Source: Haloferax volcanii DS2
GTDB lineage: Archaea > Halobacteriota > Halobacteria > Halobacteriales > Haloferacaceae
Direction: 5' to 3'
NCBI RefSeq assembly: GCF_000025685.1
Contig: NC_013966.1
Location: 300,001-332,000, forward strand
DNA length: 32,000 nucleotides
The position numbers were made by a program, and so were the translations under genes. Below the pieces are notes generated by a model, which saw only the letters and a list, made by a program, of their open reading frames with translations, was not told where the DNA came from and searched no databases. How positions within the stretch are numbered: the first letter of the stretch is position 1; every line of letters starts with the position of its first letter. Positions 1 through 9,144 of this stretch are shown piece after piece.

Positions 1-32
1 TCCCTGAGTCAGAGACAGACACGCGGAGTCTC

Positions 33-899
33 GTGCTCTCGTTGTTCCCCCTCGATGGCTCGCTTGCCGAACGGTACGTCGTCGACCTGACCGAGACGCA
101 GCCGCCGTGGGACGAAGCTGCGTTCAACGCCACGCTCAACGGCACGGCATACACGACGCGACACCACACGCCGTTCCTCGCTCGCGGGAGCGAGACACCC
201 ACCTACGCGCGTCGAAACGGGACGTACTACCACCTCGACTCGCTCGTTGTCGGCGAGGAGACCGTCAGCCATCCGGTACTCCGACTGTTCGAGGTCGGCC
301 GCGCCGACGAACTCGACACCGCCCCGGACCACGTCACGCACTCGTCGCTTCCCGAGGGCGACCAACAGGCGGTGCAAGTCGCGTACTTCGCCGCTCGGGC
401 GCGAGGGAACACCGGCGGCGCTCCGCGCGGCCTCGTCCAACGCGACGGCTACGTGTATCGGACCGACGACGCGGCGGAGGCGAGCGACCTCCTCGAAGAA
501 TCGGGGGCGTCCCACGTCGAATTCCGGGATACCATCTACGAAGTCGAAATCGCCCGCGAGACGTTTCACGAATCCGTCTACCGGGCCGACGCCGACCCGG
601 TCGCCGACTCGACGGCCGAGATGGAGACGATACTTCGGGCGTCGCTCCTCGACGCGCGGGCGACCCGGGAGGCACTCTCGCAGGCGGAGCGGGAGATTCT
701 CCGGCAAGCGGCGGCCGACACCTACCGCGAGTCGCATCCGTACTCCGAGGCGTTCACGTCGCTCCTGACGAAACTCGACCACTGGGCGTACCTCGACGGC
801 GACATCGAGAACGACGCGGGCGTCGAGGCGGGGTCGCGTCGGTTCCTCCTGTACGACGAGCGCTACTTCACGTATAGACTCGACTTCGCATCCGAGTAA
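33..899 (+). CDS. hypothetical acidic protein of no recognisable family; possibly 5'-partial
   Basis: 288-codon ORF with D/E-rich haloarchaeal composition and a GTG at 33. The frame has no stop between nt 3 and 33, so the true start may lie upstream of the window. The overlapping minus-strand ORF 9..1013 is an Arg/Pro-rich shadow. Confidence 0.55.
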   Translation: MLSLFPLDGSLAERYVVDLTETQPPWDEAAFNATLNGTAYTTRHHTPFLARGSETPTYARRNGTYYHLDSLVVGEETVSHPVLRLFEVGRADELDTAPDHVTHSSLPEGDQQAVQVAYFAARARGNTGGAPRGLVQRDGYVYRTDDAAEASDLLEESGASHVEFRDTIYEVEIARETFHESVYRADADPVADSTAEMETILRASLLDARATREALSQAEREILRQAAADTYRESHPYSEAFTSLLTKLDHWAYLDGDIENDAGVEAGSRRFLLYDERYFTYRLDFASE

Positions 900-1130
900 C
901 TCGCCCGTACTCTCGATTCGAGCCGAACGGAGGGTACAACCCCAGACGTGCGGCAGTCGGAGCGTCGCGTCGCCGCCGAGGGAGGCGAAAGTACGGAGCG
1001 GGAGAGACGACACGGCATCACAAAACCACGGTCGTGAACCGACGTTCGTCCAGTTTTCGGTGACGCGTCCAGCGGAGCGACTGCCGTACGATGGCGAACA
1101 CCCGAAGCCGGGTTTCGTCGGGGACGCTTC

Positions 1131-1470
1131 AGAATATATTATTGAATACTGTCTTGTTATTCTATTAGTTCCTAAATTGATGTGAGTGATTTGAGTTCAA
1201 TAACCTCGCATTTTCAGCAATAAAGAAGATTTATTGAAAATTATTTCTATATGTGTATTGAAATCACAAAATAGGCGAGAATAGTGGGTATTATTTAGAT
1301 AAATGGCTATAAATGGCCTTCGCCCCGGACACACACGACGTAATCCGAGTTAGTAGCAGAAAGCCGTCTAAACGCCTATTCTGTATTCGACTGTAAAACG
1401 GACGGCCGGCAGCCATCGACATAACTTATCAAAATTTAGTATTATCTGTGTAAATGGGGTTTTTCCATTA
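1131..1470. other. strongly AT-rich non-coding island in a long (~740 bp) intergenic gap
   Basis: Hand count of nt 1141-1200 gives 17 G+C out of 60, while flanking genes are clearly GC-rich. No credible ORF. 'tattgaa' occurs three times and 'aaatggc' occurs as a tandem pair. Confidence 0.7.
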
Positions 1471-1643
1471 TGCATCACCTATCGACCTCGACGGGCCACC
1501 GGTCGAGTACCCGAGACCGACGAGCGACGAGCGTCCGCATCACGGCACGCTCTGTGGATTCCGGCAATTGGCCGCCACCGCACGGAGTACGCGAGAGTGG
1601 TGTCGACGGCTGCCGAAGCGTCCGCGGGTCGCAACGGTCACGG

Positions 1644-3020
1644 TCACGCGTCGGGCTCGGTAGCCGGCGCGTCACCGAACAGATACTGAAGCAGGTAGCC
1701 AGCGAGCAGCGCGGCGACGGTGACGAGCGCCGCGACGGGATGCTCGACGGAGAGCCCCACGGCGAGAAGCGCGAGGAAGCAGCAGGCGATTGCGGCCGTC
1801 AAGAGACCGCCGGGCGCGCGGAACGGCGCGGCAACGTCACCGCGATAGACGCGTAGCCCGACGAAGGACGCGATGTTGATGGCGTACGGGAGGACCGTCC
1901 CGACGAGCGCGGCGAGGACGATTCCACCGACGACCTGCCTCCCGATGACGACAGCGCCGGCGCCGATGGCGACGGTGCAGAGCGCGACGTACGGCGAGTT
2001 CGTCTGCTCGCTGGTGGCAGCGAACGCGCTCGGGAGGAGGCTCCGGTCGGCGAGCGCCGAGAGGACGCGCGCGGAACTGGTCAGGCCGACGAGCATCGTC
2101 GTGAAGATGGCGATGAGCGCGGCAACCGGGAGGAGGTACTGCGCGAACACCGGAAGTCCGGCGTCGCCGAGGACGGCCGAGAGCGGCGCGACCATCACGA
2201 GGTTTCCGTTCCGGAAGGCGCTCGGCGCGACCGTGAGATGGAGCGCGAGGACGATAGCGGTGTAGAACGCAGTCGTGAGAAGGAGGCTCCCGACGATTGC
2301 GCGGGGTATCGTCTCGTTCGGCCGCTTTACTTCGCCGGCGGCCGCGGGGACGACTGTCCAGGCCCCGTAGCCTGTGATAGCGAGGCCGACGGCCGCGAGG
2401 AATTCCGTCCCGCTTCCGGTGACGAACGGCGTGGCGTTCGACGCGTCGCCGTTGGCGAGGCCGACGCCGCCGACGACGGTGAGCACCGTGAGGAGGAACG
2501 CGGTGAAGACGAGGTTCGTCCGCTTGGTGACGTCGATGCCGGCGAGCGTGACGCCGAGGCTGGCAACAATCGCAAGCAGCCCCAGCGGCACCGTCTGACC
2601 CTGGACGCTTGCGAGTTCGGGAATCGCGCCGAGGTAGTTCGCCACGTACCACGCCGAGACGGCGACGCCGAACACCCACCCCAGCGCGTACGACGTGCCC
2701 TCCATGTACGAGGCGAACCGGCGGACGGCCCTGCTTCTCCCAAGGGTCTTCACGGGAAAGATAGCCGGGCCGCCCGACTCGGGAAACGCGGTTGCGAGTT
2801 CAGTGTAACAAAGTGCGATACTGACCATCCCGACCCCCGCGACCAGCCACGCGAGAACCGCGGCCGGGCCGACTAACTGACCAGTGAACGCCGGAAAGAA
2901 GAATATCGACGAACCCATCATGCCGCCGACGCTCAACAGTAGGAGGTCCCAGAGTCCGACCGTACGAGGACCGTCGCTCTCGGTAACGGCTGTCATGCCT
3001 TTCGTTCCGAAAGTTCGCAT
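1644..3020 (-). CDS. APC-superfamily amino acid/polyamine permease
   Basis: 458 aa with about 12 predicted hydrophobic helices. The N-terminal 'LLLSVGGMMGSSIFFFP' and 'YTELATAFPESGGP' are typical APC permease motifs. An alternative ATG start is at 2996. Confidence 0.88.
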   Translation of the reverse strand: MRTFGTKGMTAVTESDGPRTVGLWDLLLLSVGGMMGSSIFFFPAFTGQLVGPAAVLAWLVAGVGMVSIALCYTELATAFPESGGPAIFPVKTLGRSRAVRRFASYMEGTSYALGWVFGVAVSAWYVANYLGAIPELASVQGQTVPLGLLAIVASLGVTLAGIDVTKRTNLVFTAFLLTVLTVVGGVGLANGDASNATPFVTGSGTEFLAAVGLAITGYGAWTVVPAAAGEVKRPNETIPRAIVGSLLLTTAFYTAIVLALHLTVAPSAFRNGNLVMVAPLSAVLGDAGLPVFAQYLLPVAALIAIFTTMLVGLTSSARVLSALADRSLLPSAFAATSEQTNSPYVALCTVAIGAGAVVIGRQVVGGIVLAALVGTVLPYAINIASFVGLRVYRGDVAAPFRAPGGLLTAAIACCFLALLAVGLSVEHPVAALVTVAALLAGYLLQYLFGDAPATEPDA

Positions 3021-3462
3021 CTTAACTATTGCGCTCTTACGAGCGTTCTCCGCGGATCACGCGGTACCCGACCACGTGTCGGACGCTTCTCGCCGAGCGC
3101 GTACGCTTGATTCGAGCCGAGCGCCGCGGTCTCCTGCCAACACGTACGGACACACATTCCCAGTCTGAACGGATTAGGAAAAATTCCACATAAACGAGTA
3201 GCTAGTGGTCAGAAATAGATTAGAAACCGATATAGATAAAACAATATTCAGCTAACTGGCCTACTATACACAATTTGTCCGGCAAAATACCAAATTACAG
3301 CGTTATAATTGTAACATCTGAACCTCGTCTGCTCGGCCGCCCCGGTGAGTCGGTCCGACCGGAGTATCAGCGGCGGTGGAGTCGGGTCGTATGAGTTCTC
3401 ACCCGCGCGTAGCGTGCGAGTCTGTGTGACAAAGACAAACACTAAATGCACGCATGTAACAT

Positions 3463-4617
3463 ATGATGGATATGAGCGTGACAGTCGAACGAGAAACGGC
3501 CATATCCATCGACGGACTCCGGAAATCGTTCGCCGGAGAGCCAGTACTGCGTGGAATAGACCTATCAATCGACGAGGGAGACTTCTGCGTCGTCGTGGGG
3601 TCCAGCGGGAGCGGGAAGTCGACGCTGCTGAAATGCATCTCGGGATTGCTCTCGTTCGAACGGGGCGCGGTCTTCGTCGACGGCGAAGACGTGACGAACC
3701 GCTCGGTCGAAGCGCGGGACATCGGATTCGTGTTTCAGGACTTCGAAGACCGGCTGTTTCCCCACATGACCGTCGAGGAGAACGTCGCTTTCGGCCTGCG
3801 TGAGGCCGGGACGTACGACGCCGAGGAGATATCCCGGCGGGTGGACGAGACCCTCCAACTGCTGTCTATCTCAGAGACAAAGACGAGTCTGCCCTCGGAG
3901 CTCTCGGGCGGCCAGCAACAGCGGGTGGAACTGGCGCGGCAACTCGTCCGCGAGTGCGACGTGATGTTGTTGGACGACCCGCTTGCGGACTTAGACTACA
4001 AGCTGCAAAAGCGGATGGTGCTGGAGATACGGCGAATCCACGAGGAGTTCGGAAGCACGTTCGTCTACGTGACTCACAACCAAGACCAGGCGCTGAAACT
4101 GGCCGACAAACTCGTCGTGATGAACGACGGCGTCATCGAACAGGTCGGCACGCCCGAGGAGGTGTACGACGCCCCCGAGACGGCGTTCGTCGGCCGGTTC
4201 ATCGGCGACAACAACCCGCTTCTCGGGACGGTGACCGAACACGACGGCGACCGGGTCGTCATCGACACCGACCTTGGGAGCGTCGTCGCCGAGTCGCGGG
4301 AACAGCCGCCGTCGGTGGGCGAGGAGACGATGGTGCTCCTCCGGCCGGAGGACGTCGCCCTCGGGGACGACGCCGACGCGTGCGACAACGGCTCGACGGG
4401 GACCGTCGAAGACCTGACGTACACCGGCGAGTATACCGAGTTCGCCGTCTCGTTTCCAAACGTGACCCGCGAGTTCCAGGTCCGTCGCTCGGGCGATGTC
4501 CGCCGATTCGAGGAGGGCGACGAGATTCGAATCGGCTGGGACGCCGCCGAGGGCGTCTGCTACGACCGGCTGAGCGCGTCCGACTCGGTGACCGTCGACG
4601 ACCTGATGGAGGTGTGA
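3463..4617 (+). CDS. ABC transporter ATP-binding protein (PotA/CysA-like, with C-terminal TOBE-like extension)
   Basis: Walker A 'GSSGSGKST', signature 'LSGGQQQRV', Walker B 'VMLLDDPL', then 'DYKLQKRM'. A C-terminal region of about 130 aa follows the ATPase core. Confidence 0.93.
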   Translation: MMDMSVTVERETAISIDGLRKSFAGEPVLRGIDLSIDEGDFCVVVGSSGSGKSTLLKCISGLLSFERGAVFVDGEDVTNRSVEARDIGFVFQDFEDRLFPHMTVEENVAFGLREAGTYDAEEISRRVDETLQLLSISETKTSLPSELSGGQQQRVELARQLVRECDVMLLDDPLADLDYKLQKRMVLEIRRIHEEFGSTFVYVTHNQDQALKLADKLVVMNDGVIEQVGTPEEVYDAPETAFVGRFIGDNNPLLGTVTEHDGDRVVIDTDLGSVVAESREQPPSVGEETMVLLRPEDVALGDDADACDNGSTGTVEDLTYTGEYTEFAVSFPNVTREFQVRRSGDVRRFEEGDEIRIGWDAAEGVCYDRLSASDSVTVDDLMEV

Positions 4618-4618
4618 G

Positions 4619-5785
4619 ATGGCGACGAGCGACCACACCCACGCGGACGAAGCCAGCGCGGGACTCTCGGTCGACGGCCTGACGAAGATATACCCCGACG
4701 GCACGCTCGCGGTCGACGATATCAGCTTCAGCATCGACGCGGGAGACTTCTGCGTTATCATTGGTCCCTCCGGCTGCGGCAAGTCCACGACGCTCCACTC
4801 ACTCGTCGGTAACGTGCCGCCGACCAAAGGGACTGTGACGCTCGACGGACGCGACATCACGGACGCGCCGACCTATCGCCGCGACATCGGACTGGTCTTT
4901 CAGGACTTCCAGCTGTTCCCGCATCTCACGGTCGAGGAAAACATCCGATACGGGCTCGAACGGATGGACGTGTCCGCCGCGGAAGCCGACGACCACGTGG
5001 CGTCGATGGCCGAGATGATGCAGTTGGAGGGGATGCTTGACCGCGACCCCGCCGAACTCTCCGCCGGCCAGCAACAGCGCGTCGCGTTGGCCCGCTCGCT
5101 GGTGCTCGAACCGAAACTGCTCCTCCTCGACGAACCGCTCGGCGACATGGACTACAAGCTCCAAAAGCGGATGGAGCGGGAGCTGCTCCGACTCCACCGC
5201 GAACTGGAGACGACGTTCGTCTACGTGACCCACGACCAGACGCAGGCGATGCGGCTCGCCGACCAGATGGTCGTGATGAACGACGGGCAAATCGAACACT
5301 CCGGGCCCGTCAGGGAGGTGTACAACCGGCCGCGGACGGCCTTTACCGCCGCGTTCGTCGGGGACTCGAACCTGTTTTCGGGGACGGTGACCGACGTGGA
5401 CGCCGGGGGAGCCGTCGCCGTCGTCGACACCGACTTCGGCGCGTTCCGCGTCTCGACCGCGAACGCCGACTCGAAGCCCGAGAACCTCGTCGACCGGTCG
5501 GTGGTGTTCGCCGTCCGCCCGCAGTTCGTTCGCCTCGAAGACGGCGAGAACGGCCTCGACTGCGACGTTGACGACGTCATCCACCGCTCCGGCGAGGGGA
5601 CGCAAATAGTAATGACCGCGCGCGGGAGCGAGGGGACGAAGCAGATACAGGCGAAGTCCGACGACCGGGTCGAACCGGCCGCCGACGCGGTGACGGTCGG
5701 CTGGAACGCGGACGATGCCATCCTCCTCGAACGGACGAGCGTGGCCGGCGACGTGGACCTCCAAGAGGACATCCTCGGCGAGTAG
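4619..5785 (+). CDS. second ABC transporter ATP-binding protein (PotA-like, distinct paralog)
   Basis: Walker A 'GPSGCGKST', signature 'LSAGQQQRV', Walker B 'LLLLDEPL'. The ATG lies 1 nt after the upstream TGA at 4615-4617. Confidence 0.93.
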   Translation: MATSDHTHADEASAGLSVDGLTKIYPDGTLAVDDISFSIDAGDFCVIIGPSGCGKSTTLHSLVGNVPPTKGTVTLDGRDITDAPTYRRDIGLVFQDFQLFPHLTVEENIRYGLERMDVSAAEADDHVASMAEMMQLEGMLDRDPAELSAGQQQRVALARSLVLEPKLLLLDEPLGDMDYKLQKRMERELLRLHRELETTFVYVTHDQTQAMRLADQMVVMNDGQIEHSGPVREVYNRPRTAFTAAFVGDSNLFSGTVTDVDAGGAVAVVDTDFGAFRVSTANADSKPENLVDRSVVFAVRPQFVRLEDGENGLDCDVDDVIHRSGEGTQIVMTARGSEGTKQIQAKSDDRVEPAADAVTVGWNADDAILLERTSVAGDVDLQEDILGE

Positions 5786-5913
5786 CGGAGCCGGGGGCTG
5801 CCGAATGCGGCAGCGACACGCCGCGGGGGACACGTTCCCCTGGCACTGAGCTGTGCGTAGATTCGTCCATTGTTGTCTTCTTTCTGTGGACATCGAGTCA
5901 CTGTCTGCGAAAA

Positions 5914-5922
5914 TTTTTATAC
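5914..5922 (+). promoter_or_regulatory. TATA-box-like element for a leaderless transcript starting at 5947
   Basis: 'tttttatac' centred about 28 nt upstream of the ATG at 5947. This is the spacing expected for archaeal leaderless mRNAs. Confidence 0.45.
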
Positions 5923-5946
5923 ATTCTCCACAATGGGTACGGATAC

Positions 5947-7179
5947 ATGGCTATCGAGGTAGACGAGACGCGGTTCGTCGAGACGATGAAAGAGCAAGCC
6001 GAAATCGGCGGCACGGACGGAGGCGGGCTGCACCGCCTCGCGCTCTCCGACGAGGACGCCGAGATTCGGGCGTGGTTCGCAGACCAAGTGTCGGAGGCGG
6101 GGCTCGAACTCACCGTCGACGAGTTCGGCAATATGTTCGGCTACCGCGAGGGGACCGACCCCGACGCCGGGACCATCCTCGTGGGGTCGCATTTGGACTC
6201 CCAGCCGTACGGTGGCATCTACGACGGCGCGATGGGCGTCGTCGCCGCGCTCGAGTTGGTCCGCGCGCTGAACGACGAGGGAATCGAGACGAGACACCCC
6301 ATCGAAATCGTCAACTGGACGAACGAGGAGGGCTCGCGGTTCCAGCCGGCCATGCAGGGCTCCGGCGTCTGGGCGGGCGAACACGACATCGAGACGGAGT
6401 ACGCCAAGACGGACGCCGACGGCGAGGTCTTCGAGGAGGAACTGGAGCGCATCGGCTACAAGGGCGACGTGCCCGCCGAACCGCAGCGCGACTACGACTC
6501 GTACCTCGAACTCCACATCGAGCAGGGACCGTACCTCGAAGAGAACGACGCCGACGTGGGAATCGTCACGGGCATCGTCGGCTTCACCTGGGGCGCGATT
6601 ACCTTCCACGGCGAGGCCGACCACTCGGGGCCGACGCCGATGCACTACCGGAGCGACGCCCTCGTTGCCGCGGCGGACGTCATCACACAGATTCGGCGCA
6701 TCCCCGACACGCTGGGCGAGCGGACCGTCGGCACGACCGGCTACATCGACGCGAAGCCCAACTCCATCAACATCATCCCCGAGGAGGTGACGTTCACGTG
6801 GGGATTCCGCGATCCCGACGAGGCGGTCATCGAGGAGGCTAGGGCGCGCGTCCTCGCGGAGGCGGAGGCGACCGCCGAGCGCGAGGGCGTCAACTGGGAG
6901 TACGAAGACCGGATGTGGACCGACCCGGTTCGGTTCGCGGACGGCTGCGTCGACGCCGTCGAACTGGCGACCGAGGAACTGGGCTACGACGGTATGCGTA
7001 TCTTCAGCGGTGCGGGACACGACGCGACTCACACCCACAAGGTGATGGACACGGGGATGGTGTTTTCGGTCTCCGAGGACGGCAAGAGCCACAGCGAGGA
7101 CGAATACACGAGCTGGGACGACTGCTACAAGGCGGCCAACACGCTGGCGAACGCCGCGTACGAACTGGCCACGGAGTAA
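5947..7179 (+). CDS. M20-family Zn amidohydrolase: N-carbamoyl-L-amino-acid hydrolase / beta-ureidopropionase / allantoate amidohydrolase type
   Basis: 410 aa. The N-terminal 'GGLHRLALSDED...VDEFGNMFG...VGSHLDSQPYGGIYDGAMGVVAALE...WTNEEGSRF' is the characteristic hydantoinase/carbamoylase-family amidase pattern. Confidence 0.9.
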   Translation: MAIEVDETRFVETMKEQAEIGGTDGGGLHRLALSDEDAEIRAWFADQVSEAGLELTVDEFGNMFGYREGTDPDAGTILVGSHLDSQPYGGIYDGAMGVVAALELVRALNDEGIETRHPIEIVNWTNEEGSRFQPAMQGSGVWAGEHDIETEYAKTDADGEVFEEELERIGYKGDVPAEPQRDYDSYLELHIEQGPYLEENDADVGIVTGIVGFTWGAITFHGEADHSGPTPMHYRSDALVAAADVITQIRRIPDTLGERTVGTTGYIDAKPNSINIIPEEVTFTWGFRDPDEAVIEEARARVLAEAEATAEREGVNWEYEDRMWTDPVRFADGCVDAVELATEELGYDGMRIFSGAGHDATHTHKVMDTGMVFSVSEDGKSHSEDEYTSWDDCYKAANTLANAAYELATE

Positions 7180-7181
7180 TT

Positions 7182-8231
7182 ATGAAGGCAAATTTCGACC
7201 GCGAGTTCACTCGCGCAGGCATCTGGAACTGGGAGAAACCGCACATCGAAGACGAGATTCGGTACGCACAGTACGCCGAGGAGGCCGGGCTGGACTCGGT
7301 CTGGCAGGGGGAGTCGCGGCTGGTCCGCGACGCCATGACCGTCATGGGCGCGTACACGCAGGTCACAGACGAGATAGATCTCGCGCCCGGTGTGACGAAC
7401 TGCTACACGCGGAACGTGGCGGTGATGGCACAGACGTTCTCGACGCTCCACGAGCTCTCGGGCGGGCGGATGAAACTGGGCATCGGCGCGTGGTGGGACC
7501 CGCTGGCGTCGAAAGTCGGCATCGAACGGGAGCACCCGCTCCGTCGGATGTGGGAGTACTGTACCGTCACCAAGCGCCTGCTGGACCTCGAAAACGTAAC
7601 GTACGAGGGGCAGACGCTCTCCGTCGACGACATCGAACTCGATCTCGTTCGCTCGGACGCACAGCCCCGTGACGTGCCCATCTACGTCGGCGCGACGGGC
7701 GAGACGATGCACAAGCTGACCGGCGAACTGGTCGGGAAAGGCATCGCCGGCGGCATCTTCATGAACTACCTTATCCCGCCCGAGCACAACCTGAAAGGCC
7801 TCGAAAAGCTGAAAGAGGGCGTCGAAAAGCAGGACGGGACGCTGGAAGGCGCCGACCGCCCGCAGCTCATCGCCGTCGCAATGGACGAGGACGCGGACGT
7901 GGCCATCGACCAGGCGCGCGGTCTCGCCACACAGTACATCGGCCAGCAGCCGCACATCAGGAAGGCGTCGGGCATCGATCCCGAACTGGCGGAGAAAGTT
8001 CAAGCCGAGATGGGCGGGTGGCCGGCCTCCGCCGAGGACATCGAGCGCGCCTCGCAGTACGTCGACGACGACGTGGTGACGAACATCGTCGCTGCGGGCA
8101 CCCGCGACGACGTTATCGACCGGGTCCGCGACTACTGTGCCGCCGGCTGTACCGAGCCGGTCGTCTACCCCCTGACGGACAACATGGAGGCGGTCATCGA
8201 CGCGCTGGCCGAAGCCAAAGCAGAGGCGTAG
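7182..8231 (+). CDS. LLM-class (luciferase-like) flavin/F420-dependent oxidoreductase
   Basis: In-frame ATG at 7182, 2 nt after the upstream TAA. The 349-aa product has an LLM/Mer-like TIM-barrel pattern ('GLDSVWQGESRL', 'GGRMKLGIGAWW', 'PIYVGATGETM'). The 5' extension in ORF-track entry 6915..8231 overlaps the previous gene and is Arg-rich. Confidence 0.82.
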   Translation: MKANFDREFTRAGIWNWEKPHIEDEIRYAQYAEEAGLDSVWQGESRLVRDAMTVMGAYTQVTDEIDLAPGVTNCYTRNVAVMAQTFSTLHELSGGRMKLGIGAWWDPLASKVGIEREHPLRRMWEYCTVTKRLLDLENVTYEGQTLSVDDIELDLVRSDAQPRDVPIYVGATGETMHKLTGELVGKGIAGGIFMNYLIPPEHNLKGLEKLKEGVEKQDGTLEGADRPQLIAVAMDEDADVAIDQARGLATQYIGQQPHIRKASGIDPELAEKVQAEMGGWPASAEDIERASQYVDDDVVTNIVAAGTRDDVIDRVRDYCAAGCTEPVVYPLTDNMEAVIDALAEAKAEA

Positions 8232-8299
8232 CAGCGGAGTCGTCGAGGAAACGAGCGGAGCGAAGCGGAGAGCTGACCGGACCGAACCCCGACCACAGC

Positions 8300-8305
8300 T
8301 TTATC
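8300..8305 (+). promoter_or_regulatory. TATA-box-like element upstream of the SDR gene
   Basis: 'tttatc' centred about 26 nt upstream of the ATG at 8329. Confidence 0.4.
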
Positions 8306-8328
8306 GCGGCCGCCGCCGACATCGAGTC

Positions 8329-9084
8329 ATGAGCCGAGTAGCGAACAAGACGGCGTTGATCACCGGCGCGTCCAGCGGCATCGGCCGCGGCGTCGCCGTC
8401 GCACTCGCGGAGGCGGGCGCGACGGTCGGGGTGAATCACTATCCGAGCGACGAGGAGCGAACGCGGGCGGCCGAGGTGGTCGCCGAAATCGAGGCGGCCG
8501 GCGGCGAGGCGGCAGCCTTTCCCGGCGACGTGAGCGACGCGGCGAGCGTCGACGAACTCGTCGACGGGTTCGAGGCGACGTACGGGACGCCGGACGTGCT
8601 CGTCAACAACGCCGGCATCCTCAGGCGGTCCCGTCTCGACGAGATGAGCGTTGCGGAGTGGGACGAGGTGTTGGACGTCGACCTCCGCGGGGTGTTCCTT
8701 GTGACCCGCCGCGTCGTCCCGGGGATGATCGACCGCGGGTCGGGGAGCGTCGTCAACGTGGCGTCGCAGTTGGGCTTCAAGGGTGCGGCGGGGTTCACCC
8801 ACTACTGCGCCGCCAAGGGCGGCGTCATCGCGTTCACTCGCGCGCTGGCGCGCGAAGTCGCCCCCGACGTGCGCGTGAACGCCATCGCGCCCGGGCCGGT
8901 CGAGACGCCCCTTCTCAGCGACATCTCCGAGCAGTGGCGGCGCGAGAAGGCGGCCGAACTCCCGATGGAGCGGGCCGGCCGCGTCGAGGACGTGGCACCG
9001 ACGGCGGTGTTTCTCGCCAGCGACGAGAGCAGCTACTACACGGGGCAGACGCTCTCGCCGGACGGCGGCGACGCCATGCACTGA
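8329..9084 (+). CDS. SDR-family oxidoreductase (classical short-chain dehydrogenase)
   Basis: Cofactor motif 'TGASSGIGRG', 'NNAG', and catalytic 'YCAAK'. 251 aa. Confidence 0.9.
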   Translation: MSRVANKTALITGASSGIGRGVAVALAEAGATVGVNHYPSDEERTRAAEVVAEIEAAGGEAAAFPGDVSDAASVDELVDGFEATYGTPDVLVNNAGILRRSRLDEMSVAEWDEVLDVDLRGVFLVTRRVVPGMIDRGSGSVVNVASQLGFKGAAGFTHYCAAKGGVIAFTRALAREVAPDVRVNAIAPGPVETPLLSDISEQWRREKAAELPMERAGRVEDVAPTAVFLASDESSYYTGQTLSPDGGDAMH

Positions 9085-9112
9085 GCCGTCCGTGTCACAG
9101 CATACCGTGGAC

Positions 9113-9118
9113 TTATAT
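9113..9118 (+). promoter_or_regulatory. TATA-box-like element upstream of the permease gene
   Basis: 'ttatat' centred about 29 nt upstream of the ATG at 9145. Confidence 0.4.
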
Positions 9119-9144
9119 TGGTGGCTCCGAATGGCTCTCTGTAG

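Noticed and set aside
9-1013. Long antisense or overlapping ORFs throughout the GC-rich part. Examples are 9..1013 -, 3991..4860 -, 4799..5893 -, 5917..7092 -, 8194..9624 -, 8658..10112 +, 13737..14954 -, 17206..19056 -, 19026..20537 +, 20715..22481 - and 24840..25994 +.
   Set aside because: Their products are Arg/Pro/Gly/His-rich and basic with no family motifs. Each overlaps a gene with clear family signatures on the other strand or frame. This is the expected stop-codon-poor shadow-ORF behaviour of high-GC DNA.
1131-1470. Considered calling the AT-rich island a replication origin.
   Set aside because: I could not find ORB-like repeats with G-strings flanking it, and no orc/cdc6 gene is adjacent within the window. 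It is kept only as an unexplained AT-rich island.
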